Source: an uncultured delta proteobacterium
Lineage (GTDB): Bacteria > Myxococcota_A > Polyangia > Haliangiales > Haliangiaceae
Assembly: GCA_963848295.1 (NCBI GenBank)
Contig: CAWKDB010000010.1
Coordinates: forward strand, 2,912,001 to 2,976,000
Reading direction: 5' to 3'
Length of the DNA stretch: 64,000 bases
The notes under the pieces were generated by a model. It made no database searches. It had not been told where the DNA came from and worked only from the letters and a program-made list of their open reading frames with translations. How positions within the stretch are numbered: the stretch's first letter is position 1; every line of letters starts with the position of its first letter. Shown in pieces: positions 1-10,881 of the stretch. The translations under genes were made by a program, and so were the position numbers.

Positions 1-1578
1 ACCGAGACTGGCGATCGCTCCGAGGTCGAATGGCTCGCCGAGTCCGCGCCGCTCTGGGCCGAGGTCACGACGACGCCGGATGCTCGGATCGGCCCGCGCT
101 GTCCGTACTTCGAGCGCTGCTTCGTGACCCAGGCGCGCCGGCTCGCCGAGCAGGCGCAGCTGATCCTCGTCAACCATCACCTCTACTTCGCCGATCGCGC
201 ACTGCGCGCTTCTCATCCGGGGGCTCGGGTGTTGCCGGATCACGACGCGGTGATCTTCGACGAAGCGCATCAGCTCGAAGACGTCGCGACCGAGCACTTC
301 GGTGCGCGGATCTCGACGCAACAACTCGGCTTGCTCGTCCGCGATGCGCACGTCGCGCTCGCACGCATGCCGCTGTGGACCGGCCGCGCGTCCGACGACA
401 CGATCCACGCGGTCGAACGCGCGGGCATCCAGTTGTTCGCCGCGGTCCGCGGTCCCCTCGCGACGGCCGGCGAAGCTCGCGTGCCGTTGCCCGAAGGGCT
501 GTTCGATGATCCCGCACGTCAGACCGCGTGGTTCAAGCTCGACACCGCCCTCGAAGATCTCGCGCGCACCGCCGAGGCCGAAGCCGAGCCGCCGCCGGAT
601 GAGCAGACGGACGCGGATTCGTCCGCGCGTGGCAGCCTCGCCGGCCTCGCGCGCCGCGCACGCCAACTGCGCGATGCACTCGCCACGATCGCGGAGCAAC
701 GCGACCAACGCCACGTCTACTGGGGCGAGTCGCGGCCGAGCTCGATCGCGCTCACCGCATCGCCGATCGACGTCGCGGATCTGGTTCGCAGGCACATCGT
801 CACCGCCGGCCCGACCCCGGTGTTCACGTCGGCGACGCTCGCCGCCGCCGGCGACTTCAGCTACACGCGCTCGCGCCTCGGCCTCGCGAATCCCGAGGAG
901 GTCGACGAGCTGCTCGTGCCGTCGCCGTTCGATTACTCGCGCCAAGCGCTGCTCTACGTGCCGCGCGACCTGCCGACGCCGACCCGCGATGGCTGGACCG
1001 CCGCAGCCGCCGAGCGCACCGAGGAGCTCCTCGCGCTGACCGGCGGCCGCGCGTTCTTGCTGTTCACGTCGCATCGCACGCTGCGCGACGCCGCGGCACG
1101 CCTCGCGAAGGTGCCGTATCCGAAGCTCGTGCAGGGCGACGCCCCGCGCGCCACGCTCGTCGATCGATTTCGCGCGACGCCCGGTGCGATCTTGCTCGGC
1201 ACCAGCTCGTTCTGGGAAGGCGTCGACGTCCCCGGCGAGGCGCTCAGCCTCGTCGTCATCGACAAGCTGCCGTTCCAGGCGCACACCGATCCGCTCGTCG
1301 CGGCGCGGATGACTGCCGCCGGCAAAGCCGGTCGCGATCCGTTCGAGACGATCCAGCTCCCCGCCGCCGCGCTCGCGCTCAAGCAGGGCTTCGGCCGCTT
1401 GATCCGCCGCCGCGATGACCGCGGCATCGTCGCGATCCTCGACAGCCGCGTCGTCACGAAGACCTATGGCCGGGTGTTTCTCGACACGCTGCCCGCCGGC
1501 TTGCCGCGCACCTCGGCGTTCGAGCAGGTGCGGCGGTGGTGGGCTACCGCTTCGCGGCCCGACACGCTTCCGCTTTGA
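1..1578 (+). CDS. DinG/YoaA family ATP-dependent DNA helicase (5' truncated by window edge)
   Basis: Frame open from base 1; DEAH motif (IFDEAHQLED), TSATL, FWEGVDVPG, QGFGRLIR; Cys residues (CPYFERC) consistent with an Fe-S domain. Confidence 0.9.
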   Translation, partial: TETGDRSEVEWLAESAPLWAEVTTTPDARIGPRCPYFERCFVTQARRLAEQAQLILVNHHLYFADRALRASHPGARVLPDHDAVIFDEAHQLEDVATEHFGARISTQQLGLLVRDAHVALARMPLWTGRASDDTIHAVERAGIQLFAAVRGPLATAGEARVPLPEGLFDDPARQTAWFKLDTALEDLARTAEAEAEPPPDEQTDADSSARGSLAGLARRARQLRDALATIAEQRDQRHVYWGESRPSSIALTASPIDVADLVRRHIVTAGPTPVFTSATLAAAGDFSYTRSRLGLANPEEVDELLVPSPFDYSRQALLYVPRDLPTPTRDGWTAAAAERTEELLALTGGRAFLLFTSHRTLRDAAARLAKVPYPKLVQGDAPRATLVDRFRATPGAILLGTSSFWEGVDVPGEALSLVVIDKLPFQAHTDPLVAARMTAAGKAGRDPFETIQLPAAALALKQGFGRLIRRRDDRGIVAILDSRVVTKTYGRVFLDTLPAGLPRTSAFEQVRRWWATASRPDTLPL

Positions 1579-2728
1579 ACCGCGTGACGAGCGCGCCATC
1601 GCCGTCGGGACTCGCCGCGAGCTTGGCCCACAACAGGATCAACATTTCCGGACGAACGCCCGGATCGTCGAATGCCGCGAGATCCCCGATCGCTTGTGCG
1701 AGCTCTCCGCGGTGCATCGTCACGAAGATCTTGTCCTTCGTCGCAGCCGCGGCACCGGCCTTCGCGAACATCGCATCCGCTTCGTCGGGGCGGTTCCCGA
1801 TCTCTGCCTGGACCGCGAGCGTCGAGAGCGTTGCATCATCGGTCTTCGACAGCGACGCGACGATCTTCGCGCGCAGAGCCGCCGCCGCATCGTGATCGCC
1901 ATGTGCGTCGAGTACGGCACCGAGCGCGAGCCGATCGTCGAGGCCGCTGATGTCGGCCGCACTTGCCGGCGCTTCGGTCGGCAGCGTGTCGACGAGCTCG
2001 CTCGTCTCGCGCAACAACGCGTCGAGCTCGCTCGCGTGCGCTTCAACGGCGGCGTTGATCACGAGCTCGAGGACGTACGCGCGCCACTCCGGCTTGGGTT
2101 CCGCCGCGGCGATCGCGCGCGCCTCCGCGACTTTGCCGAGCCACACGAGCGCCTCGGCGCGCTGGGCGTGCACCGGCGGCCCATCGAAGCTGGGTGTCAG
2201 CTTCGTCGCTTCGGCGTAGGCATGCTCGGCGGCCGGCCGATTGCCGGCTCGCGCCGCACCTTCAGCGACGAGCAGCAGGCCCATCACGTCCCCGGCGACG
2301 AGGCTCTCGGCGCGCGCGGGGTCGCCGGTCCACGCGACGATCATGGCCTCGACCGGTGCGGTCGCGACGCCGTCGTGCGGCGGCGGCTCGGCCTTCGCGT
2401 GTGCGAGCGCACGCTCGTTGATCGATCGCGCCGCCGTCGAATCGCCGAGTCTGGCGAGCCAGAACGCGACCGCGGCTAGATCATCGGCTTCGTGCAACGC
2501 GGCGCCCAGGCGCTCGAGCGCGGTGACCGCGACGGTCGGTGGCGCGTTCTCGAACAGCGATTGGCAGAGAAGCGATGCGATGTGAAAGTGCACGGCTTCG
2601 TACACCCCATCGACCGCGTGCACCGCACAATCGAGCGTGGCGTCGAGCTCGCGCGGATCGACCGGCACCGCCGGCGTGTGCTTGCACGCGGCCAAGACGA
2701 TCAGCGCCGCCGCAGCGCGCCGGGTCAC
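1544..2728 (-). CDS. Hypothetical lipoprotein, helical/TPR-like
   Basis: GTG start overlaps folK stop; signal peptide with lipobox LAAC; Ala-rich helical body. Confidence 0.65.
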   Translation of the reverse strand: MTRRAAAALIVLAACKHTPAVPVDPRELDATLDCAVHAVDGVYEAVHFHIASLLCQSLFENAPPTVAVTALERLGAALHEADDLAAVAFWLARLGDSTAARSINERALAHAKAEPPPHDGVATAPVEAMIVAWTGDPARAESLVAGDVMGLLLVAEGAARAGNRPAAEHAYAEATKLTPSFDGPPVHAQRAEALVWLGKVAEARAIAAAEPKPEWRAYVLELVINAAVEAHASELDALLRETSELVDTLPTEAPASAADISGLDDRLALGAVLDAHGDHDAAAALRAKIVASLSKTDDATLSTLAVQAEIGNRPDEADAMFAKAGAAAATKDKIFVTMHRGELAQAIGDLAAFDDPGVRPEMLILLWAKLAASPDGDGALVTRFKAEACRAAKR

Positions 2729-3231
2729 CACGTCTCCGCGATCTCCTCGATCGTTTGCTCGCGCAGCGCGCGGTCGAGCACCGCAGCGGTCTGATCCGTG
2801 CCAGGGATCGCGACGTCGCCGAGCAACGCGATCAACGGGCGCAGCGCGAACCGACGTCCTGCGAGTCGCGGATGCGGCACGTCGAGCTCGGGCGTGCGTA
2901 TCACACGTTCGCCCCACACCAGGATGTCGAGATCGATCGAGCGCGGTCCCCAGCGCGTTTCGTTCGACCGCTGCCGCCCGAGCAAGCGCTCGATCTCGAG
3001 TAGCGTCGCGATCAGCTCGCCCGGCGTCGCGTCGCTCACCCTGACCAAGGCTGCCGAATTCAAGAACGCGGCCTGCGCCGGCCCGATCGCCGCGGTGCGA
3101 TACAGCGGCGCGGACTTCACCGCCCCGAGCTGCGCCAACGCTTCGCGCGCGCGGCCGAACCGCGCGACGATCGCCCCGTCGGCGCCGATGTTGCCGCCGA
3201 TCCCGACGACGAGCGCGTCGGGTGCGATCAT
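2725..3231 (-). CDS. folK: 2-amino-4-hydroxy-6-hydroxymethyldihydropteridine diphosphokinase
   Basis: GIGGNIG, FLNSAA, RWGPRSIDLDIL, LDVPHPRL motifs; ATGA overlap with upstream gene. Confidence 0.92.
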   Translation of the reverse strand: MIAPDALVVGIGGNIGADGAIVARFGRAREALAQLGAVKSAPLYRTAAIGPAQAAFLNSAALVRVSDATPGELIATLLEIERLLGRQRSNETRWGPRSIDLDILVWGERVIRTPELDVPHPRLAGRRFALRPLIALLGDVAIPGTDQTAAVLDRALREQTIEEIAETW

Positions 3232-3884
3232 TCGCGCGCGACGACCGGGTTGCGCAACACGCCGATGCCTTCGATCTCGATCTCGACGACATCGCCCGGC
3301 GACAGGTTGCCCACCCCGGCCGGCGTCCCGGTCGTGATCACGTCGCCGGGCTCGAGCGTCATGTATTGGCTGCAGAACGCGATCAACGTCGCGACATCGA
3401 AGATCAGGTCCGAGGTCGACGAGTCTTGCCGGATGGCTCCGTTGACCCGCGTCTTGATCGCGAGCGCACGCGGGTCCAAGCCCGCGACGATCTTCGGCCC
3501 GAGCGGGCAGAACGTATCGAACCCCTTCGCGCGCGCCCATTGGCCGTCTTTCTTCTGTAGATCTCGCACGCTGACATCGTTGCAGCACGTGAAGCCGAGC
3601 ACGACGTCGAGCGCCCGCTCGCGAGTCACGCGCCGTGCCCGTTGGCCGATCACGACCGCGAGCTCGCCTTCGAAGTCGACGCGGTCGTAGCCCGCGGGGC
3701 GTTCGATCACAGCGCCCGACGGCAGCAGCGCCGAGCGCGGCTTCAAAAACATCAGCGGCTCGTCGGGGATGCTCTTGCCCATCTCGACCGCGTGCGCGCG
3801 ATAATTCTGGCCAATGCCGATGATCTTGCTCGGAACCAGGTCGAACGCTTCGCTCCGGCCGGCGCGGACTACGTCGATAAGCAT
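3228..3884 (-). CDS. Fumarylacetoacetate hydrolase family protein
   Basis: KIIGIGQNYRAH, DFEGEL, NDVSVRD, KGFDTFCPLGP, LEPGDVITTGTPAG. Confidence 0.92.
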   Translation of the reverse strand: MLIDVVRAGRSEAFDLVPSKIIGIGQNYRAHAVEMGKSIPDEPLMFLKPRSALLPSGAVIERPAGYDRVDFEGELAVVIGQRARRVTRERALDVVLGFTCCNDVSVRDLQKKDGQWARAKGFDTFCPLGPKIVAGLDPRALAIKTRVNGAIRQDSSTSDLIFDVATLIAFCSQYMTLEPGDVITTGTPAGVGNLSPGDVVEIEIEGIGVLRNPVVARE

Positions 3885-3956
3885 GAGGGGAAAGGTAGGA
3901 CACCGTCGCCCCCGTGTCATTGATCCCTTGCGTTGTGCCCCGTACAATTTACGTCG

Positions 3957-6221
3957 ATGGGCCGGGCTCCCAATCCTGGTGGGCCGCAACGCGTGTCTGC
4001 GCACGTAGTCGCGAAGCCCAAGGCATTTTCGGAGAACGACGAAGAAGAGCGGACGACGCTGGAATCGTCGTGGGAAGAAGAGCCGAGCACCACCGTCGAA
4101 GAGGGCGATGCAGCGGACCGGATCCGCGAGCTCAGCGGTGGGCCACCGAAGCGACCGAACGGTTTCGGAGCGAGCTTCACGTCGACGACCGGTAGCCGGC
4201 TCGAGGAGCCCACCGTCGACGATCAGCACATGCCGCAGGGCCTGCTGCTCTCGCTCCCGGTCTCCCGACTCGTCGTCATCGGCGGCAACGATACCGGCCA
4301 AGAGCTCGAGGTCAAACCCGGCAAGAGCTACACGATCGGTCGCGCGATCGGCAACGACATCGTGCTCACCGACATAGCGGTGTCGCGCCAGCACTTCGAC
4401 CTGCGCAACGCCGACGGTTCCTGGGTGCTCGTCGACCGCGGCTCCGGTAACGGCACGGTGGTCAACGGCAACATCGAAGACAACCCGTTCATGCTCGCGA
4501 ACGGTGACGTCATCGAGATCGGCAACACGCAGTTCCGCTTCGACCTGCCGAACGGCGCGCCGCGCGCGAACGAGACGATGGATGTCAGCGTCATCGAAGA
4601 GGTCGTGGAGTCCGACATCGATGCCGAGGAGATGTCGACCGTGGTCGGCAAGCCGTTGCGCAGCGATCAGGTCGAGAAGACCGAGATCGACGCGCAGCCG
4701 TACACCGGCGCGCGGCCGTATTCAGGCGCGCCCGCCTCCCTCCCGGCGCCGCTGCCAGCACCGTTATCGCGACCGCCGGATCGCGCACGCGGACCGAGCA
4801 GCGGCCCACTCGCGCCGCTGTCCGGGATGCCGAGCTCGGGCTCGTCGATGCCGACGTCACCGATCGCAGTGCAGGCTCCACTGCCGGCCCCGGGTCGCGG
4901 ACCCGCGATCGGTTCGCAGGCGCCGACGATGCTCGCCCAACCCGCGCTCGCTCGTCCGGGGATGGCCGCGACGACCTTGCCCGGCCAAGGCATGATGTCA
5001 CCGTCGGCGCCGCAACAGGTTTCGCCGGCTGCGCTGTACGGCTATCCGAACGGCTCCGATCTTCCGCCGCAGAACGTGGCGCGCAACGCCCAGATGCTCG
5101 TGATCTCGCAGCAGGGCCGGCGCAACGACGCGTCGACTCAACACGTCGCGCCGATCTCGTATGGGATGCGACCCTCGGGCCAGCGCGCCGCGTTCGCACC
5201 GGCGAAGCTGTCGCAGCGCGCGCGGCTGATCGTCGCCGGGATCGGGCTCACGCTGTTCGCGATGGTCATCACGGTCGCGGTGATTCGCTCGGGTGGCAAC
5301 GCGAGCACCGTTGCCGCGGGCTCGAGCGAAGCGCCGCCGCCGGCAGCGCCGCCCCCGAGCGCCCCGCCGGTCGTCGCGCCGAACCCGCCCGCGGTCGATC
5401 CGCCCAAGCCGCCGTCGGTAGCGGTGATCACCCCGCCTGCGGTCGATCCGCCCAAGCCCGCCGCCGTCGCTCCACCCACGACCGCGCCACAAAAGGTCGT
5501 GGTCGTCGATCCGCCCAAGCCCGTCGTCATTCCCCCGAAGCCCGCGGTCGATCCGCACAAGCCCGCGCCGGTCGAAAACAAGCGCGTCGCCCGCCAGAAC
5601 CAGCCGACGCCGAAGCGCCAACCGGAGCCCAGGTCCGAGCCGAAGCGCGTCGCCGCGGTCGATATCTCCTCCTACAAGGCCAAAGCCGACGAGCTTTATC
5701 ACGCGAAGCGTTTCAACGACGCCGCACAAGCTGCACGGTCGGGAATCAGGGTCGCATCCGACGACGACGCGCACGCGCTCAAGTCGATCGCCGCGCTCTA
5801 CGAGCAACTAGGCCGTTGGTACAGCACCGGCATGGCTGCGAGCACGAGACCTACCGACGCGTTCGCGGCGCTACGCAAGGCCGAGAACCTCGATCGCTCG
5901 GCCGGTGGCGCGCTTACCGATGACATCCACGCGAGGCTGTCGAGCGTCTCGCCGAAAGCTGCGGTCGCGTTCTATGTCGTGAAGGACTACGAAAATGCCT
6001 ACACCGCCGTGCGCACGTCGGAGAGCCTCGGCGCCGCGAACGGCACGGTGAAGACGGTGCGCGAGAAGCTCGAGATCTTGGCCGGCACGCTCTACGGCGA
6101 GGCGGCCAAGTCGATCGACTCGTCGCCGGATCAGGCGAAGGACAAGCTGCGCCGGATCCAGAAGATGGTGGACGCGAAGAACCAGTGGTACGTCAAGGCG
6201 CAAAAGCTGCTCGGCGGCTGA
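3957..6221 (+). CDS. FHA-domain, Pro-rich single-pass membrane protein with C-terminal helical domain
   Basis: FHA motifs IGR, VSRQH, GSGNGT; TM helix LIVAGIGLTLFAMVITVAVI; Pro-rich linkers. Confidence 0.85.
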   Translation: MGRAPNPGGPQRVSAHVVAKPKAFSENDEEERTTLESSWEEEPSTTVEEGDAADRIRELSGGPPKRPNGFGASFTSTTGSRLEEPTVDDQHMPQGLLLSLPVSRLVVIGGNDTGQELEVKPGKSYTIGRAIGNDIVLTDIAVSRQHFDLRNADGSWVLVDRGSGNGTVVNGNIEDNPFMLANGDVIEIGNTQFRFDLPNGAPRANETMDVSVIEEVVESDIDAEEMSTVVGKPLRSDQVEKTEIDAQPYTGARPYSGAPASLPAPLPAPLSRPPDRARGPSSGPLAPLSGMPSSGSSMPTSPIAVQAPLPAPGRGPAIGSQAPTMLAQPALARPGMAATTLPGQGMMSPSAPQQVSPAALYGYPNGSDLPPQNVARNAQMLVISQQGRRNDASTQHVAPISYGMRPSGQRAAFAPAKLSQRARLIVAGIGLTLFAMVITVAVIRSGGNASTVAAGSSEAPPPAAPPPSAPPVVAPNPPAVDPPKPPSVAVITPPAVDPPKPAAVAPPTTAPQKVVVVDPPKPVVIPPKPAVDPHKPAPVENKRVARQNQPTPKRQPEPRSEPKRVAAVDISSYKAKADELYHAKRFNDAAQAARSGIRVASDDDAHALKSIAALYEQLGRWYSTGMAASTRPTDAFAALRKAENLDRSAGGALTDDIHARLSSVSPKAAVAFYVVKDYENAYTAVRTSESLGAANGTVKTVREKLEILAGTLYGEAAKSIDSSPDQAKDKLRRIQKMVDAKNQWYVKAQKLLGG

Positions 6222-6222
6222 C

Positions 6223-6594
6223 CTATTCGAGGAGCCGGCCGATCACCTTCTCGAGCTTCTCGAATTCGAACGGCTTGTCGATGTGAGCATCGGCGCCGTA
6301 GATCGGGGACGTGATCTCGTTCACGTGCTCGCCGATCGCGGTGACCATCACGATCTTGATCGCCGACGTGGCCGGATCTTGCTTGAGGGCGCGCGCGACT
6401 TCCCAGCCGGATTTGCCGGGCATCATCACGTCGAGCAGCATGATGTCGGGCTTGCCCTTCTTCGCTTGCGCGATCGCACTCGTGCCGTCGCTCGCGGTTG
6501 TCACTTTGTAGCCACGCTTGCCGAGCCGCGTGCTGAGCAAGGTCACGATCTCGGGATCGTCGTCCACCACCAGGATGCTCGCGGCCTTGGTCAT
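6223..6594 (-). CDS. Single-domain response regulator
   Basis: VVDDD, LLDVMMPGKSG, KPF receiver motifs. Confidence 0.92.
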   Translation of the reverse strand: MTKAASILVVDDDPEIVTLLSTRLGKRGYKVTTASDGTSAIAQAKKGKPDIMLLDVMMPGKSGWEVARALKQDPATSAIKIVMVTAIGEHVNEITSPIYGADAHIDKPFEFEKLEKVIGRLLE

Positions 6595-6649
6595 GGCGGG
6601 ACGCTACGGCCGCGGGCCTGACGCCGTCAAGCTGTGTTAGGACCCGCCG

Positions 6650-7609
6650 GTGGCTCGCCGCACGTGGCTCTGGCTCCTGATCGCGCTGGTCATCGGCGTC
6701 GCGGCGATATCCGCGATCGGCGACGTCCGGCAGATCGGAGAGAAGCTGGCCGGGTTTGGTTGGTGGGCCCTCGCCGCGACGCTCGGGCTCGCGCTCGTCA
6801 ACTACGCGCTGCGGTTCGTGCGCTGGCAGCTGTACTTGCGACGCCAAGCGGTCTCGGTACCAACGAGCTCGAGTGCGATCGTGTTCGGTGCCGGGCTATC
6901 TCTGTCGATCACGCCGGCCAAGCTCGGCGAGCTCGTGAAGAGCTACTTGCTGCGCGAGCTGCACGACGTGCCGGCGGTCCAGACCGCGCCGATCGTCGTC
7001 GCCGAACGGGTCAGCGATCTCGTCGCGCTGCTCGGGCTCGCCGTGATCGGCGTCGCCGCGTACGGCGTGCAAACGACGCTGGTCGCGGTCGCCGCCGGCG
7101 CGGTCGCGTTCGGGCTCGTGTTGCTCGCCTGGCCGCGGCCGACCCGCGCGCTGATCGATCTCGTGACCACGCCTGCGAAGCTGCGCCGACTGCGCGCACC
7201 GTTGCAAGAGATGTACGGCGGGCTCGCGACCCTCTGCCGGCCCAAGACGCTGATCATCGCGACCGTGATCGCGATCCCCGCGTGGTCGTGCGAGTGCATC
7301 GGGTTCGCGCTGATCTGTGACGCGTTTCCCGGCGCGCACATCGCGCTCGGCCTCGCGATGGTGATCTACGCCGCGACGACGATCGCCGGCGCGCTGTCGT
7401 TCCTGCCGGGCGGTCTCGGCGTCACCGAGGGCGCGATGACGTTCGCGCTGGTCTCGGGCGCGGCGCACCTCGATGCCTCGACCGCACTCGCCGCGACGCT
7501 GTTGACCCGGCTCGCGACGCTGTGGTTCGCGGTCGTGCTCGGTATCGGCTTCCTGACGGTCGCTCGCCGCCGGATCGCGAGCCGCGCCAACCCGGCACGC
7601 GCGACCTGA
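6650..7609 (+). CDS. Lysylphosphatidylglycerol synthase TM / flippase-like membrane protein
   Basis: Multiple TM helices; TPAKLGE and LPGGLGVTE motifs. Confidence 0.85.
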   Translation: MARRTWLWLLIALVIGVAAISAIGDVRQIGEKLAGFGWWALAATLGLALVNYALRFVRWQLYLRRQAVSVPTSSSAIVFGAGLSLSITPAKLGELVKSYLLRELHDVPAVQTAPIVVAERVSDLVALLGLAVIGVAAYGVQTTLVAVAAGAVAFGLVLLAWPRPTRALIDLVTTPAKLRRLRAPLQEMYGGLATLCRPKTLIIATVIAIPAWSCECIGFALICDAFPGAHIALGLAMVIYAATTIAGALSFLPGGLGVTEGAMTFALVSGAAHLDASTALAATLLTRLATLWFAVVLGIGFLTVARRRIASRANPARAT

Positions 7610-7705
7610 CCTGCGCTGCCTTTTCCACACCGCCGGTGGTGCAATTCGCTCGACCGACACGAGCCCGCGATCGCACACGACCGTTGCAACGCGCCGCGCC
7701 GTGGC

Positions 7706-7768
7706 GGTGTTGATGTCGTCTGCCGGGGTGCTGATGTCGTCTGCCGGGGTGTTGATGTCGTCTGCCGG
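7706..7768. repeat. 21-bp tandem repeat x3 (GGTGYTGATGTCGTCTGCCGG)
   Basis: Read directly. Confidence 0.85.
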
Positions 7769-8014
7769 GTGTTCTTGCTCGCCGCGTTTGCCGCGGTCGG
7801 CGTGATCGTCGCGATGCGGCCGTTGCTCGTGACGCGCCTGCACCGCCGGCGCATCGCGCTCGTGCTGGCGCTCGTCGCAGTGGTGGTCGTGTGTTCGCTC
7901 GCCGGCCAGTACCTGTTCGATCAGGGAGGCCTCTGGGTCCGGACAGGCTTGCCGCGACCGCCGGCGGCGCATGCAACCGGGGCCGAGGCCAAGGGATCGC
8001 GGCGCGTTCCTTAG
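7769..8014 (+). CDS. Small hypothetical membrane protein
   Basis: Two hydrophobic segments; start uncertain (immediately after the 21-bp repeat). Confidence 0.4.
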   Translation: MFLLAAFAAVGVIVAMRPLLVTRLHRRRIALVLALVAVVVVCSLAGQYLFDQGGLWVRTGLPRPPAAHATGAEAKGSRRVP

Positions 8015-8080
8015 ATCGCGCGCGTCACTCCAGGGGTGGGCGCGGACGGGCCAACGACCACCGGGTGCTATAACCCCGAC

Positions 8081-8971
8081 ATGTCCTCGGTAGGTGTCGA
8101 CTTCGATTTCGCGCGATGGATCGCGGCGCGGCGCGGCTCGATGGAGCAACAAGCACGCGACGGCGCCGCGTACGCGTTCAGCGGCGAACGGCGGTTTCGG
8201 CGCACGCTGATGATCGCGCGGCCGGTGACGATCGCACTCGAAGCGACGACCCGGCTGTGGCGCGACGTCGCGCGCACCGAGCTGCTCGGCACCGCGGTCA
8301 AGGTCACCGACCAGCAATATCCGCGCGTGTTCGAGGCCGCGAAGATCGCCGGTGCCGCGCTGCGCGTACGGGTGCCGCCGGTGTTCGCGGCGCCGACGTC
8401 TTCGATCAAGGTCAAGGTGCTCGGCACGGAGGACGCGCCACACCTGATCGTCAACCTCGAGCTCGCCGAAACGCTCGACGACACCGAGCTGGTCGCCGCG
8501 ATCGCGCACGAGCTGGCGCACATCCAGAACGGTCACATCTTGTACGCGACGGCGCTCCACTACCTGACCAGCTCCGCCGTGTTCTTCGTGCGCTGGATCG
8601 TCCAGCCCGCGATCATGACGCTGCAAGCCTGGTCCCGCCGCGCTGAAGTCACCTGCGATCGCGCCGCGCTGCTCGCGGTGCGCGATCTCGACAAGACGCT
8701 CGCGGCGCTGGTCAAGCTCGAGCTGGGGCTCGACAAGTCCGGCGCGTTCAACGTCGAAGAGTATCTGCGCGCGCTGCCCGACGTGAAGAAGGGCCTCGGC
8801 CGCTACGCCGAGCTGTTCCGCTCGAATCCGTACGTGCCGAAACGCGTCCAGGCCCTGCGGCTGTTCGCCGGCTCCGGCCTCTACGCGGTCGTCAGCGGCG
8901 CCGATCCGACGGGCAAGCCGAGCCTGCCCGATGTCGATAAGCAGGTGTCCGACCTCATCTCGGTGTTTTAG
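8081..8971 (+). CDS. M48 family zinc metallopeptidase
   Basis: AHELAH zincin motif and downstream RRAEVTCDR third-ligand motif. Confidence 0.88.
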   Translation: MSSVGVDFDFARWIAARRGSMEQQARDGAAYAFSGERRFRRTLMIARPVTIALEATTRLWRDVARTELLGTAVKVTDQQYPRVFEAAKIAGAALRVRVPPVFAAPTSSIKVKVLGTEDAPHLIVNLELAETLDDTELVAAIAHELAHIQNGHILYATALHYLTSSAVFFVRWIVQPAIMTLQAWSRRAEVTCDRAALLAVRDLDKTLAALVKLELGLDKSGAFNVEEYLRALPDVKKGLGRYAELFRSNPYVPKRVQALRLFAGSGLYAVVSGADPTGKPSLPDVDKQVSDLISVF

Positions 8972-8979
8972 GAACCGCC

Positions 8980-10752
<1,773 letters not shown>

Positions 10753-10840
10753 GGGACGGTGTTCACCTTGTCAACTTGCGCTCCGGCGGAGGCTGAATAA
10801 TCTCAGCGCCTTAGTTGGGGACGGTGTTCACTTTGTCAAC
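10753..10840 (+). repeat. Paired 24-bp direct-repeat element, variant copies (10753-10775, 10817-10840)
   Basis: GGGACGGTGTTCAC(C/T)TTGTCAAC twice, period 65 bp, starts right after the TGA at 10752. Confidence 0.85.
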
Positions 10841-10881
10841 CAGCCGGCCAAGTGCCAGAGCTAGTCGCTGTAGGCTGACTC

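Noticed and set aside
7706..7768. 21-bp tandem repeat as a phase-variation switch for the small membrane ORF
   Set aside because: Unit is a multiple of 3 and the ORF itself is weakly supported
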